Source: Clostridia bacterium (GTDB lineage Bacteria > Bacillota > Clostridia > Oscillospirales > Acutalibacteraceae). Taken from it: a stretch of 64,000 nucleotides of DNA. Location of the stretch: assembly GCA_030526115.1 (NCBI GenBank), contig JAUNDK010000002.1, forward strand, positions 29,236 to 93,235. The letters are read 5' to 3'. The notes below the pieces were generated by a model that worked only from the letters and a program-made list of their open reading frames with translations, was not told where the DNA came from and searched no databases. Position 1 is the stretch's first letter, and the number at the start of each line of letters is the position of its first letter. The position numbers and the translations under genes were made by a program. Of this stretch, positions 29,383 through 39,297 are shown one piece after another.

Positions 29383-29411
29383 AGTATACTACTAAGATCT
29401 CTGTTTGTCAA
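29383..29411 (-). promoter_or_regulatory. Sigma-70-type promoter for the 41-aa small gene
   Basis: TTGACA (29411-29406), 17-nt spacer, TATACT (29388-29383). It leaves a leader of about 110 nt containing two hairpins. Confidence 0.65.
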
Positions 29412-29751
29412 CACCCCAAAAATCGCAGAAAACTGCATGAAAAAGGCATTTTTTGCATTTTTTGAAGTCAGATTATTCTGATTTTAACGGGTAAAAGTGT
29501 TAAACGGTGTCAGCGTTTGAAAGTCATAGTTTTCCGGCTTTCAGAATTCAATGAAATCGCATTCAAATCAGCTTTATTTTGAATAATAGAAATGTGATTA
29601 TTCATGAGAAAAATTGATAATAGTTTATCAATGCAGGAACTTGCAAATTTGCCCATCTGAAAAAAATCTGCAAACAAAAAAATATTTTTTATTCGTTATA
29701 ATTTCCCGTAAAATTCTGCAATTTTTTCAACAATTACAGTGCATTAAGTTG

Positions 29752-29789
29752 AAAAGTAAAAGAAAATCGCAGCATATTTCAGCTGCGAT
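29752..29789 (-). terminator. Rho-independent terminator after ribU
   Basis: Stem ATCGCAGC/GCTGCGAT followed by TTTTCTTTT on the minus strand. Confidence 0.75.
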
Positions 29790-29801
29790 GAATGTATCTT
29801 A

Positions 29802-30401
29802 TTAATATTTACCCTTGATTATCGGGCTGAGCGGTTTGTAAATTACAACAGTAATTGCTGCGGAAAGAAGACCCTTGATTGTTGTGAAAGGTACATTAAA
29901 GATTATCAGACATTCTTCTATGCTCTTTACTTTAGGGAGTATGGCCTGATATGCCTGAATGATGGCATCCTTCGGCATAAAATTATAGTAGATAGGATAA
30001 ACAAGCCAGAGGTTTGTGATAAAGCTCATAAGTCCCATTGCAAGAGCACCGACAATTGCAGAGATTACAGCAGCCTTCTTTGTCTTGTTTAACTTGTAAA
30101 TCAGACCGGCCGGAATAACAAAGAAGCATCCAAGTATAAAGTTGGAAAGTTCACCGACATAACCTGTTGTGGTACCTCTGATTACAAGGTGAAGTACTAT
30201 TTTAATAAGTTCTATTACACAACCGGAAACGGGACCCATAGCGTATGCACCAATAAGTGCAGGAAGATCTGAGATATCCATCTTGATAAATGCAGGCATA
30301 AACGGAACGGAGAAATCTATGAACATGAGTGCGAATGCAACTGCACCGAGCATAGCGGATACAACTAAAAATCTTGTGTTTACTCTTTTATTTGCTTTCA
30401 T
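29802..30401 (-). CDS. ribU: ECF-transporter S component, riboflavin-type (RibU-like)
   Basis: 199-aa six-TM protein. Directly controlled by an FMN riboswitch. Confidence 0.8.
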   Translation of the reverse strand: MKANKRVNTRFLVVSAMLGAVAFALMFIDFSVPFMPAFIKMDISDLPALIGAYAMGPVSGCVIELIKIVLHLVIRGTTTGYVGELSNFILGCFFVIPAGLIYKLNKTKKAAVISAIVGALAMGLMSFITNLWLVYPIYYNFMPKDAIIQAYQAILPKVKSIEECLIIFNVPFTTIKGLLSAAITVVIYKPLSPIIKGKY

Positions 30402-30469
30402 GATTTTTACCTTCTTATAACTGAATATGTTGAAAACTCTGGAAACGATAAATTCGGTTTATGAAACGC

Positions 30470-30512
30470 AAATAAAAAAGTAAAAAGCCCTGAAGATTGC
30501 TCTTCAGGGCTT
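30470..30512 (-). terminator. Expression-platform terminator of the FMN riboswitch
   Basis: Stem GCCCTGAAGA/TCTTCAGGGC followed by TTTTTACTTTTTT on the minus strand. Confidence 0.85.
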
Positions 30513-30544
30513 AAATACCAAATTATATCAGAAATAACTCTGAC

Positions 30545-30670
30545 ACCTTTGCATTTCTTCTATCATCCGGACTATACCGTCGGTTCGGGAATTTCACCCG
30601 ATCAGCTCATAATGAGGTCGCGGACTATACCGCCGGTGAGGAATTACACCTCGCCCCGAAAAAATGTTTA
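30545..30670 (-). promoter_or_regulatory. FMN riboswitch (RFN element)
   Basis: The minus strand reads TTCGGGGCGAGGTGTAATTCCTCACCGGCGGTATAGTCCGCGACC...GATCGGGTGAAATTCCCGAACCGACGGTATAGTCCGGATGATAGAAGAA. This matches the conserved RFN core. Confidence 0.9.
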
Positions 30671-30695
30671 TTTAGACATAAATGTCTGGTGTTAA

Positions 30696-31898
30696 TTATT
30701 CGTTGATACCTGTAACAACACCGGAACCAACTGTTCTACCACCCTCACGGATAGCGAAGCGGAGACCCTCTTCGATAGCGATTGGAGTGATGAGCTCAAC
30801 GTCCATAACAACGTTGTCACCAGGCATGCACATCTCTGTGCCCTCTGGGAGGTTGATAACACCTGTAACGTCTGTTGTTCTGAAGTAGAACTGTGGTCTG
30901 TAGTTGTTGAAGAATGGTGTATGACGGCCACCCTCGTCCTTAGTAAGAACGTAAACCTGGCCCTTGAACTTTGTGTGTGGGTGAATGGAACCTGGCTTAG
31001 CAAGAACCTGTCCACGCTCGATGTCAGATCTCTGAACACCACGGAGAAGTGTACCGATGTTGTCACCAGCCTCAGCGTAGTCGAGGAGCTTTCTGAACAT
31101 CTCGATACCAGTAACAACTGTAGATCTCTTCTCGTCGGAAAGACCAACAATCTCAACTGTATCGTTCATCTTAACCTGTCCACGCTCAACTCTACCTGTT
31201 GCAACAGTACCACGACCTGTGATTGTGAATACGTCCTCAACTGGCATAAGGAATGGAAGGTCAGCTTTTCTCTCTGGTGTTGGGATGTAAGAGTCAACAG
31301 CATCCATGAGCTCGAGGATTGGAGCATACTCTGGGGAAGAAGGATCCTGAGATGCGGACTCGAGAGCCTGGAGAGCGGAACCCTTAACGATTGGTGTATC
31401 ATCACCTGGGAACTCATACTCGGAGAGGAGGTCTCTGATCTCCATCTCAACGAGCTCCATGAGCTCTTCGTCGTCAACCTGGTCAGCCTTGTTCATGAAT
31501 ACTACGATGTAAGGAACACCAACCTGTCTGGAAAGAAGGATGTGCTCTCTTGTCTGTGGCATTGGGCCGTCAGCAGCAGAAACAACGAGGATAGCGCCGT
31601 CCATCTGTGCAGCACCTGTGATCATGTTCTTAACATAGTCAGCATGGCCTGGGCAGTCAACGTGTGCATAGTGTCTGTTGTCTGTCTCGTACTCAACGTG
31701 AGCTGTGTTGATTGTGATACCACGCTCTCTCTCTTCTGGAGCCTTATCGATCATGGAATAATCCTCGAACTGAGCCTGGCCCTTAAGAGCGAGAACCTTT
31801 GTGATAGCAGCTGTAAGTGTTGTCTTGCCGTGGTCAACGTGGCCGATTGTACCAATGTTAACATGTGGCTTATTTCTTTCAAACTTTGCTTTTGCCAT
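30696..31898 (-). CDS. tuf: Elongation factor Tu
   Basis: 400 aa. [40 protein letters not shown]. Confidence 0.99.
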   Translation of the reverse strand: MAKAKFERNKPHVNIGTIGHVDHGKTTLTAAITKVLALKGQAQFEDYSMIDKAPEERERGITINTAHVEYETDNRHYAHVDCPGHADYVKNMITGAAQMDGAILVVSAADGPMPQTREHILLSRQVGVPYIVVFMNKADQVDDEELMELVEMEIRDLLSEYEFPGDDTPIVKGSALQALESASQDPSSPEYAPILELMDAVDSYIPTPERKADLPFLMPVEDVFTITGRGTVATGRVERGQVKMNDTVEIVGLSDEKRSTVVTGIEMFRKLLDYAEAGDNIGTLLRGVQRSDIERGQVLAKPGSIHPHTKFKGQVYVLTKDEGGRHTPFFNNYRPQFYFRTTDVTGVINLPEGTEMCMPGDNVVMDVELITPIAIEEGLRFAIREGGRTVGSGVVTGINE

Positions 31899-31985
31899 TG
31901 GAATTGCCTCCCTTAATAGTCAATTTAATGTATGATTACATTTAGCTTAATTTTACCACAAAGTGGCAAAAAATCAAGCATTATT

Positions 31986-32030
31986 TAAAACCCCTGTTAA
32001 GTGCGCCGTTTGAATAGCGCACTTAAGGGT
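31986..32030 (-). terminator. Hairpin between fusA and tuf (partial terminator/processing signal)
   Basis: 13-bp stem CCCTTAAGTGCGC/GCGCACTTAACAGGG followed by GTTTTAAAT on the minus strand. Confidence 0.55.
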
Positions 32031-32051
32031 TGATTTATTATTTAGTAAGAA

Positions 32052-34175
32052 TTACTTCTTAGCTCTTGCGGAGATGATAGCCTCACCAACAGACTTCGGA
32101 ACCTCAGCATATGTGTCTGGCTCCATTACGTATGCGCCACGACCCTGAGTCTTGGAACGCATGTCTGTTGCATAACCGAACATCTCGGAAAGTGGAACCT
32201 GAGCGTTGATCTGCTGGCCACCTGCGATAGCCTCCATGGACTGGATCATACCACGTCTGGAGTTAAGGTCACCGATAACATCGCCCATGTAATCCTCAGG
32301 TGTTGTAACAACAACCTTCATGATAGGCTCCATGAGAACAGGCTTAGCCTTGCCCATAGCTTCCTTGAAAGCCATAGAACCGGCAATCTTAAAGGCCATT
32401 TCGGAGGAGTCAACTTCATGATAAGAACCATCATAAAGTGTTACCTTACAGTCAACAACGTTGTAACCTGCAACAACACCGGAAAGCATTGCGCCCTGGA
32501 TACCTGCATCAACAGCTGGGATGTACTCCTTAGGAATGGAACCACCGACAACAGCGTTAACGAACTCGTAGCCCTTGCCTGGGTTTGGCTCAAGACGGAT
32601 CTTAACGTGACCGTACTGACCCTTACCACCGGACTGACGTGCATACTTGCAGTCAACGTCGGAGTTGCCGAGGATTGTCTCCTTGTAAGCAACCTGTGGC
32701 TTACCAACATTAGCCTCAACGTGGAACTCACGGAGAAGTCTGTCAACGATGATTTCGAGGTGAAGCTCACCCATACCAGCGATGATAGTCTGTCCTGTTT
32801 CCTCATCTGTATAAGCCTTGAAAGTTGGGTCCTCTTCAGCAAGCTTTGCGAGAGCGATGCCCATCTTCTCCTGGCCGGCCTTTGTCTTAGGCTCGATAGC
32901 AACACGGATAACAGGCTCCGGGAAGTTCATGGACTCAAGAATGATTGGATGATCTTCGTCACAGAGTGTTTCACCTGTTGTTGTGTTCTTAAGACCAACA
33001 GCAGCAGCGATATCTCCGGCGTAAACTCTTTCGATATCCTTTCTCTCGTTAGCGTGCATCTGAACGATACGGCCGATTCTTTCCTTGTTGCCCTTGTTGC
33101 AGTTATAAACTGTTGTACCGGCCTCAATTGTACCGGAGTAAACACGGAAGAATGCGAGCTTACCAACGAATGGGTCTGTTGCAATCTTAAATGCGAGAGC
33201 TGCGAATGGAGCTTCATCGCTGGATGGTCTCTCTTCCTCTTCCTCTGTATCTGGGTTTACACCCTTGATAGCAGGAACGTCGAGTGGAGATGGCATGTAG
33301 TCAACAACTGCATCGAGGAGCTTCTGAACGCCCTTGTTTCTGTAGGAAGTACCACAGCAAACAGGAACCATAGCATTGTCGATTGTTGCCTTACGGATAA
33401 CTCTCTTGATGTCATCCTGAGGAATCTCTTCACCCTCGAGGTAAAGCATCATGATGTCCTCATCCTGCTCAGCAACAGCCTCGATGAGCTTCTCGTGCCA
33501 CTCTTCTGCGAGGTCAGCGAGATCTTCCGGAATATCCTCTACGCTGATGTCCTTACCAAGGTCATCGTTGTAGATGTAAGCCTTCATCTCGATAAGGTCG
33601 ACGAGGCCCTTGAATGTATCTTCAGCACCGATTGGAATCTGAATCGGAACAGCATTACACTTAAGTCTGTCCTTCATCATCTGAACAACTCTGTAGAAGT
33701 CAGCACCCATGATGTCCATCTTGTTGACATAAGCCATTCTTGGAACACGGTACTCGTTAGCCTGTCTCCAAACTGTTTCAGACTGTGGCTCAACGCCGCC
33801 CTTAGCACAGAGAACTGTAACGGAACCATCGAGAACTCTGAGGGAACGCTGAACCTCAACTGTGAAGTCAACGTGTCCAGGAGTATCAATGATGTTGATT
33901 CTGTGTCTGTTAGCTGCGATAGCCTTCTTGTCACCGGAGTTTACAAGGTCAGTGTGAGACCAGTAGCATGTAGTAGCAGCGGATGTGATTGTGATACCAC
34001 GCTCCTGCTCCTGAGCCATCCAGTCCATTGTAGCGCCACCCTCATGAGTTTCGCCGATCTTGTAGTTAACACCTGTGTAATAAAGAATTCTTTCGGTTGT
34101 AGTAGTTTTACCGGCATCGATGTGAGCCATGATACCGATATTTCTGGTCATTTCCAGTGAAACTTCTCTTGCCAT
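32052..34175 (-). CDS. fusA: Elongation factor G
   Basis: 707 aa. [28 protein letters not shown], and EF-G domains IV/V. Confidence 0.98.
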   Translation of the reverse strand: MAREVSLEMTRNIGIMAHIDAGKTTTTERILYYTGVNYKIGETHEGGATMDWMAQEQERGITITSAATTCYWSHTDLVNSGDKKAIAANRHRINIIDTPGHVDFTVEVQRSLRVLDGSVTVLCAKGGVEPQSETVWRQANEYRVPRMAYVNKMDIMGADFYRVVQMMKDRLKCNAVPIQIPIGAEDTFKGLVDLIEMKAYIYNDDLGKDISVEDIPEDLADLAEEWHEKLIEAVAEQDEDIMMLYLEGEEIPQDDIKRVIRKATIDNAMVPVCCGTSYRNKGVQKLLDAVVDYMPSPLDVPAIKGVNPDTEEEEERPSSDEAPFAALAFKIATDPFVGKLAFFRVYSGTIEAGTTVYNCNKGNKERIGRIVQMHANERKDIERVYAGDIAAAVGLKNTTTGETLCDEDHPIILESMNFPEPVIRVAIEPKTKAGQEKMGIALAKLAEEDPTFKAYTDEETGQTIIAGMGELHLEIIVDRLLREFHVEANVGKPQVAYKETILGNSDVDCKYARQSGGKGQYGHVKIRLEPNPGKGYEFVNAVVGGSIPKEYIPAVDAGIQGAMLSGVVAGYNVVDCKVTLYDGSYHEVDSSEMAFKIAGSMAFKEAMGKAKPVLMEPIMKVVVTTPEDYMGDVIGDLNSRRGMIQSMEAIAGGQQINAQVPLSEMFGYATDMRSKTQGRGAYVMEPDTYAEVPKSVGEAIISARAKK

Positions 34176-34194
34176 GATTTACCTCCTTATCACA

Positions 34195-34665
34195 TTACCA
34201 TCTGTAGTGTGCGAAAGCTCTGTTAGCCTCTGCCATTCTGTGTGTATCGTCACGCTTCTTAGCTGCGCCGCCTGCACCGTTAACAGCATCGAGGATCTCG
34301 TTAGCAAGACGCTCCTTCATTGTTCTCTCAGAACGAAGTCTGGAGTACTGAGTTAACCATCTGAGTCCGAGTGTCTGGCGTCTCTCTGGGCGAACCTCGA
34401 TCGGAACCTGATAGTTAGCACCACCAACACGTCTGGACTTTGTCTCAACTGTTGGCATTACGTTTTCCATAGCTGCCTCAAAAACCTCTAATGCATCCTT
34501 ACCGGACTTCTCCTCAATGATTGTGAATGCATCGTAAACGATCTTCTGAGCTACACCCTTCTTACCGTCGAGCATGATGCTGTTGATAAGACGTGTAACG
34601 AGCTTTGAATTGTACATTGGATCTGGCAAAACATCACGTTTTGCAATATTGCCTCTTCTTGGCAT
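34195..34665 (-). CDS. rpsG: 30S ribosomal protein S7
   Basis: Start moved to [12 protein letters not shown] (34665) behind GGAGGGAAG. 156 aa. Confidence 0.97.
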   Translation of the reverse strand: MPRRGNIAKRDVLPDPMYNSKLVTRLINSIMLDGKKGVAQKIVYDAFTIIEEKSGKDALEVFEAAMENVMPTVETKSRRVGGANYQVPIEVRPERRQTLGLRWLTQYSRLRSERTMKERLANEILDAVNGAGGAAKKRDDTHRMAEANRAFAHYRW

Positions 34666-34842
34666 AGTCTTCCCTCCTTCATAAAATGATATCATAGGTA
34701 CTCGAAAGTTCAAACTCCCGCCTGGCTAAGATAGGCATTTATAATCTATATATAAACGCCTCACCGGATTTTCCGGCCGGAATATCCGGCAAGCCATAGG
34801 TATTGACTTAACGATTGTGAATAATTGGGCTGTGAATTTTAA

Positions 34843-35265
34843 TTACTTCTTACCAGCCTTTGGCTTCTTAGCGCCGTACTTGGATCTGGACTGCATTCTC
34901 TTAGCAACGCCCTGTGCATCGAGTGTACCTCTGATGATGTGATAACGTACACCAGGAATATCTCTTACACGGCCGCCTCTGATGAGAACAACAGAGTGCT
35001 CCTGAAGGTTGTGGCCAACACCCGGAATGTAAGCTGTAACTTCCATACCGTTGGAAAGTCTTACTCTGGCAATCTTTCTGAGAGCGGAGTTTGGCTTCTT
35101 AGGTGTTGTTGTCTTAACTGCTGTGCAAACACCACGCTTCTGTGGAGAATCCTGATTGATAGCAACTCTCTTCTTGGAGTTCCAACCCTTAAGAAGAGCA
35201 GGAGCCTTAGCTTTCTTCTCTCCGGAAGCACGACCACTGTGAACTAACTGATTAAATGTAGGCAA
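34843..35265 (-). CDS. rpsL: 30S ribosomal protein S12
   Basis: TTG start at 35265, 8 nt after GGGAGG, gives (M)PTFNQLV. 140 aa. [10 protein letters not shown] motif. Confidence 0.95.
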   Translation of the reverse strand: MPTFNQLVHSGRASGEKKAKAPALLKGWNSKKRVAINQDSPQKRGVCTAVKTTTPKKPNSALRKIARVRLSNGMEVTAYIPGVGHNLQEHSVVLIRGGRVRDIPGVRYHIIRGTLDAQGVAKRMQSRSKYGAKKPKAGKK

Positions 35266-35368
35266 TATGTGCACCTCCCTTTAAAATTATTTTATTCAGT
35301 CATCTATATAATAAACAGCAGAGCTGTTCATTGCAATTTATATCAGGTCACTTTATAGGCGATATTAA

Positions 35369-35409
35369 CAAAAAAGTGTCCTGACGGCGATAAGTTTCCG
35401 TCAGGACAC
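35369..35409 (-). terminator. Strong intrinsic terminator in the rpsL leader region
   Basis: 12-bp stem GTGTCCTGACGG/CCGTCAGGACAC followed by TTTTTTG on the minus strand. Confidence 0.85.
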
Positions 35410-35441
35410 ATATTGTCCTTCTGTTTATCGCCCGAGTAAGA

Positions 35442-35470
35442 ATTATATCAAACCGAGCGGTATATGTCAA
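35442..35470 (-). promoter_or_regulatory. Consensus sigma-70 promoter upstream of rpsL
   Basis: TTGACA (35470-35465), 17-nt spacer, TATAAT (35447-35442). Confidence 0.7.
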
Positions 35471-35560
35471 GCATAATTTTTGGCTAAATTCAGCGATTTT
35501 TTATGCTTTTTCACTGCACTCCTTTAAAGGTGTGACACATGAATTTCAAAAGGATTATTA

Positions 35561-35582
35561 AGGGCAGTTTTCAGGCTGCCCT
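35561..35582 (-). terminator. Terminator-like hairpin directly after rpoC
   Basis: Stem GGGCAG/CTGCCC followed by a T-rich but interrupted tail. Confidence 0.45.
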
Positions 35583-35592
35583 GTTATATTTA

Positions 35593-38500
35593 TCAGTCAC
35601 CTGCAACTGCTGTTTCAACAGCCTCTGCGGCATCCTGCTTGTCTGCAGGCTCGATTGTAACATCGTTGTAGCACTGCATACCTGTACCTGCAGGGATAAG
35701 GTTACCGATGATAACATTTTCCTTGAGGCCGAGGAGCTTATCAACCTTACCCTTGATAGCTGCATCTGTGAGAACTCTTGTTGTCTCCTGGAAGGAAGCA
35801 GCGGACATGAAGGAATCGGTTGCGAGAGAAGCCTTTGTGATACCGAGAAGAACAGGCTCGTAAGTAGCGAATTCAAGCTCGCTGCCGTTAAGTGCCATAT
35901 CTCTTGCAAGCTTCTCGTTAGCTGCGTAAACATCTGCCTTGTCAACCATAGCACCCTTGATGAGGTCTGTGGAGCCCGGCTCGTCTACTCTTACCTTGCG
36001 GAGCATCTGACGAACGATAACCTCGATATGCTTATCGGCGATATCAACACCCTGCTGACGGTAAGTCTTCTGAACTTCGAGAATCAGGTAATCCTGAACT
36101 GCCTGCTCACCGAGAACTGCGAGAACATCATGTGGGTTCTTGGAACCTTCTGTGATTGTAGCACCCTTCTGGAGGTGATCACCGGCCTGTACGGATGGGT
36201 GAGTACCGAATGGGATAGGATACTTTCTTGTGTCGCCATCCTCACGGTTTGTAACGATGACGTTAACTGTCTTCTTGTTATCCTCGATTGTAACATCACC
36301 CTCGATCTCGGAGAGAATTGCGAGCTTCTTAGGCTTTCTGCCCTCGAAAAGCTCTTCAACTCTTGGAAGACCCTGAGTGATATCTTCGGCGGAAGCAACA
36401 CCACCGGTATGGAAGGTTCTCATTGTAAGCTGTGTACCAGGCTCACCGATAGACTGAGCGGCGATGATACCAACAGTTTCACCAACCTGAACAGGCTTCT
36501 GGTTTGCAAGGGAAGCACCATAGCACTTCATACATACACCGCGCTTTGCACGGCAGGAAAGGATGGAACGAATCTTGATTCTCTCAATACCGGCCTTCTC
36601 GATGGACTTTGCATCTGCCTCTGTCATGAGCTTGTCCTTGCTTACAAGGAGCTCGCCTGTCTCCGGATGGAAGCAGTCCTCGAGGAGGTAACGGCCGACA
36701 AGACGCTCGGAAAGCGGCTCGATAAGCTCGTGACCGGATGTGATTGCGGAAATCTCGAAACCTTCGGATGTATGACAGTCTTCGTCGTGGATGATAACTT
36801 CCTGAGAAACGTCAACAAGACGTCTTGTAAGGTAACCGGAGTCAGCTGTTCTAAGAGCTGTATCGGCAAGACCCTTACGGGCACCACGGGAAGAAATGAA
36901 GTATTCGATGATGTTAAGACCTTCACGGTAGTTAGCTCTGATCGGAATTTCGATTGTCTTACCGGATGTGTTTGCGATAAGACCACGCATACCTGCGAGC
37001 TGACGAATCTGAGACATGGAGCCTCGAGCACCGGAATCGGCCATCATGTAAATCGGGTTGTACTGGTGCAGACCCTTCTGAAGTGCGTCTGTAACCTTAT
37101 CTGTAGCTGCGGACCACTCGGCAACAACCTGCTGGTAACGCTCGTTGTTGGAGAGGAGACCGTAATCGTAGTCTTCACGAATCTGATCGATATTTCTCTC
37201 AGCCTCGGCAAGAATATCCTTCTTCTGTGCAGGAATTGTAGCATCGCAGACAGCAACTGTGATAGCACCGATTGTGGAGTACTTGTAACCCTGAGCCTTG
37301 ATGTTATCGAGAACCTCAGAAGTAATCTCTGTACCGTGGCGCTGAATGCACTTGTCGATAATCTGACCGAGCTGCTTCTTACCAACGAGGAAGTCTACCT
37401 CATACTTGAGAACATCCTCAAAGTTATTCTTGGATCTGTCCTTAAATCCGAGATCCTGTGGAATAGCACGGTTGAAGATAATCTTACCCATTGTTGTATC
37501 GACTAAACCGGTGAAGGTTTCGCCGTTATATTCAACAGTCTTTCTGACTCTGATTTTTGTGTGAAGTGTGATGTTCTTAGCATAGTAAGCCATCTCTGCC
37601 TCGTTTACATCTCTGAAGTAGAGAACAGGCTTAATGCCCTCATCAACTGTTCCTCTCTCACCTGCATCACGAAGGAGACGGTTGGAATCGTAGTTAACGT
37701 AATTGCTGATGCCGTCTACGAGGTTACCGTTCTCGTCGCAATACTGACCCTTATCAAGTGTGAGGTAGTAGGAACCGAGAATCATATCCTGAGAAGGAAC
37801 AGCAACAGGCTTACCGTCGGCAGGCTTTAAGAGGTTGTTTGCAGCGAGCATGAGGAAACGTGCTTCTGCCTGAGCCTCTGCGGAGAGCGGTACGTGAATA
37901 GCCATCTGGTCACCGTCAAAGTCAGCGTTGTAAGCTGTACATACGAGTGGGTGAAGCTTAAGTGCACGACCCTCAACAAGAACAGGCTCGAATGCCTGAA
38001 TACCAAGTCTGTGAAGTGTAGGAGCACGGTTGAGAAGAACCGGATGGTCCTTGATTACAACCTCGAGAGCATCCCAGACTTCAGGCTTAGCTCTTTCAAC
38101 AGCCTTTCTGGCTGCCTTGATGTTGTTTGTGCCTGTCTCAACAAGGCGCTTCATTACGAAAGGCTTGAACAGCTCGAGAGCCATCTCCTTCGGAACACCG
38201 CACTGATACATCTTGAGCTCAGGACCGACAACGATAACGGAACGTCCGGAATAGTCAACACGCTTACCGAGAAGGTTCTGACGGAAACGTCCCTGCTTAC
38301 CCTTGAGCATGTCGGAGAGAGACTTGAGAGGTCTGTTGTTAGGACCTACAACAGGTCTGCCGCGTCTGCCGTTATCGATGAGAGCGTCAACAGCCTCCTG
38401 GAGCATTCTCTTCTCGTTTCTGACGATGATGTCAGGAGCACCGAGGTCGAGAAGTCTCTTAAGACGGTTGTTTCTGTTGATAACTCTTCTGTAAAGATCG

Positions 38501-39276
38501 TTAAGGTCACTTGTTGCGAATCTGCCACCGTCGAGCTGAACCATTGGTCTGATGTCAGGTGGGAGAACCGGAACAACATCGAGGATCATCCACTCAGGTC
38601 TGTTACCGGAAACTCTGAAAGCCTCAACACACTCAAGTCTCTTGAGAAGGCGGACTCTCTTCTGTCCGGAAGCACCCTCGAGCTCCTCTTTGAGCTGAGC
38701 TGCAAGTGCCTCAACATCTATGTTTTCGAGAAGCTTCTTGATGCTCTCTGCGCCCATTCCGGCCTCGAAATCATCATCATACTTCTCTTTCATCTCTCTG
38801 TAATCATTCTCGGAAAGAGTCTGCATTACGCTGAGCTCCTTCTGTGCAGCGGAACCGTCTGCAACAGAAGTAACTATATACTGAGCGAAATAGAGAACTC
38901 TCTCGAGGATACGAGGGGAGATATCCAGCATAAGGCCGATTCTGGAAGGAATGCCCTTGAAATACCAGATGTGGGAAACAGGAGCTGCAAGCTCAATGTG
39001 ACCCATTCTCTCACGTCTTACCTTTGAGCGTGTAACTTCAACGCCGCAACGCTCACAGACCTTACCCTTGTATCTGATTCTCTTGTACTTACCGCAGTGG
39101 CATTCCCAGTCCTTCTGTGGTCCGAAAATGCGCTCGCAGTAAAGGCCGTCTTTTTCCGGCTTTAATGTACGGTAGTTGATAGTCTCAGGCTTTTTTACTT
39201 CGCCGTAAGACCATTCTCTGATCTGATCGGGAGAAGCCAGACCGATTTTAATTGAATCAAATGCATTATATTCCAT
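35593..39276 (-). CDS. rpoC: DNA-directed RNA polymerase subunit beta-prime
   Basis: 1227 aa. NADFDGDQM catalytic motif and a zinc-binding CHCGKY...CERCG. Confidence 0.99.
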   Translation of the reverse strand: MEYNAFDSIKIGLASPDQIREWSYGEVKKPETINYRTLKPEKDGLYCERIFGPQKDWECHCGKYKRIRYKGKVCERCGVEVTRSKVRRERMGHIELAAPVSHIWYFKGIPSRIGLMLDISPRILERVLYFAQYIVTSVADGSAAQKELSVMQTLSENDYREMKEKYDDDFEAGMGAESIKKLLENIDVEALAAQLKEELEGASGQKRVRLLKRLECVEAFRVSGNRPEWMILDVVPVLPPDIRPMVQLDGGRFATSDLNDLYRRVINRNNRLKRLLDLGAPDIIVRNEKRMLQEAVDALIDNGRRGRPVVGPNNRPLKSLSDMLKGKQGRFRQNLLGKRVDYSGRSVIVVGPELKMYQCGVPKEMALELFKPFVMKRLVETGTNNIKAARKAVERAKPEVWDALEVVIKDHPVLLNRAPTLHRLGIQAFEPVLVEGRALKLHPLVCTAYNADFDGDQMAIHVPLSAEAQAEARFLMLAANNLLKPADGKPVAVPSQDMILGSYYLTLDKGQYCDENGNLVDGISNYVNYDSNRLLRDAGERGTVDEGIKPVLYFRDVNEAEMAYYAKNITLHTKIRVRKTVEYNGETFTGLVDTTMGKIIFNRAIPQDLGFKDRSKNNFEDVLKYEVDFLVGKKQLGQIIDKCIQRHGTEITSEVLDNIKAQGYKYSTIGAITVAVCDATIPAQKKDILAEAERNIDQIREDYDYGLLSNNERYQQVVAEWSAATDKVTDALQKGLHQYNPIYMMADSGARGSMSQIRQLAGMRGLIANTSGKTIEIPIRANYREGLNIIEYFISSRGARKGLADTALRTADSGYLTRRLVDVSQEVIIHDEDCHTSEGFEISAITSGHELIEPLSERLVGRYLLEDCFHPETGELLVSKDKLMTEADAKSIEKAGIERIKIRSILSCRAKRGVCMKCYGASLANQKPVQVGETVGIIAAQSIGEPGTQLTMRTFHTGGVASAEDITQGLPRVEELFEGRKPKKLAILSEIEGDVTIEDNKKTVNVIVTNREDGDTRKYPIPFGTHPSVQAGDHLQKGATITEGSKNPHDVLAVLGEQAVQDYLILEVQKTYRQQGVDIADKHIEVIVRQMLRKVRVDEPGSTDLIKGAMVDKADVYAANEKLARDMALNGSELEFATYEPVLLGITKASLATDSFMSAASFQETTRVLTDAAIKGKVDKLLGLKENVIIGNLIPAGTGMQCYNDVTIEPADKQDAAEAVETAVAGD

Positions 39277-39297
39277 TTACGCTTTTCTCCCTTCTGA

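Noticed and set aside
29614-29805. 63-aa plus-strand ORF upstream of ribU
   Set aside because: It is AT-rich with a low-complexity translation and no RBS. It overlaps the ribU terminator and the end of ribU.
30921-39027. Very long plus-strand ORFs antisense to tuf (30921..31916), fusA (32418..34160) and rpoC (35539..37506, 37894..39027)
   Set aside because: These are mirror-frame artefacts of highly expressed genes with strong codon bias. The translations are Cys/Leu/Val/Asn-rich nonsense, and the sense-strand products are unmistakable.
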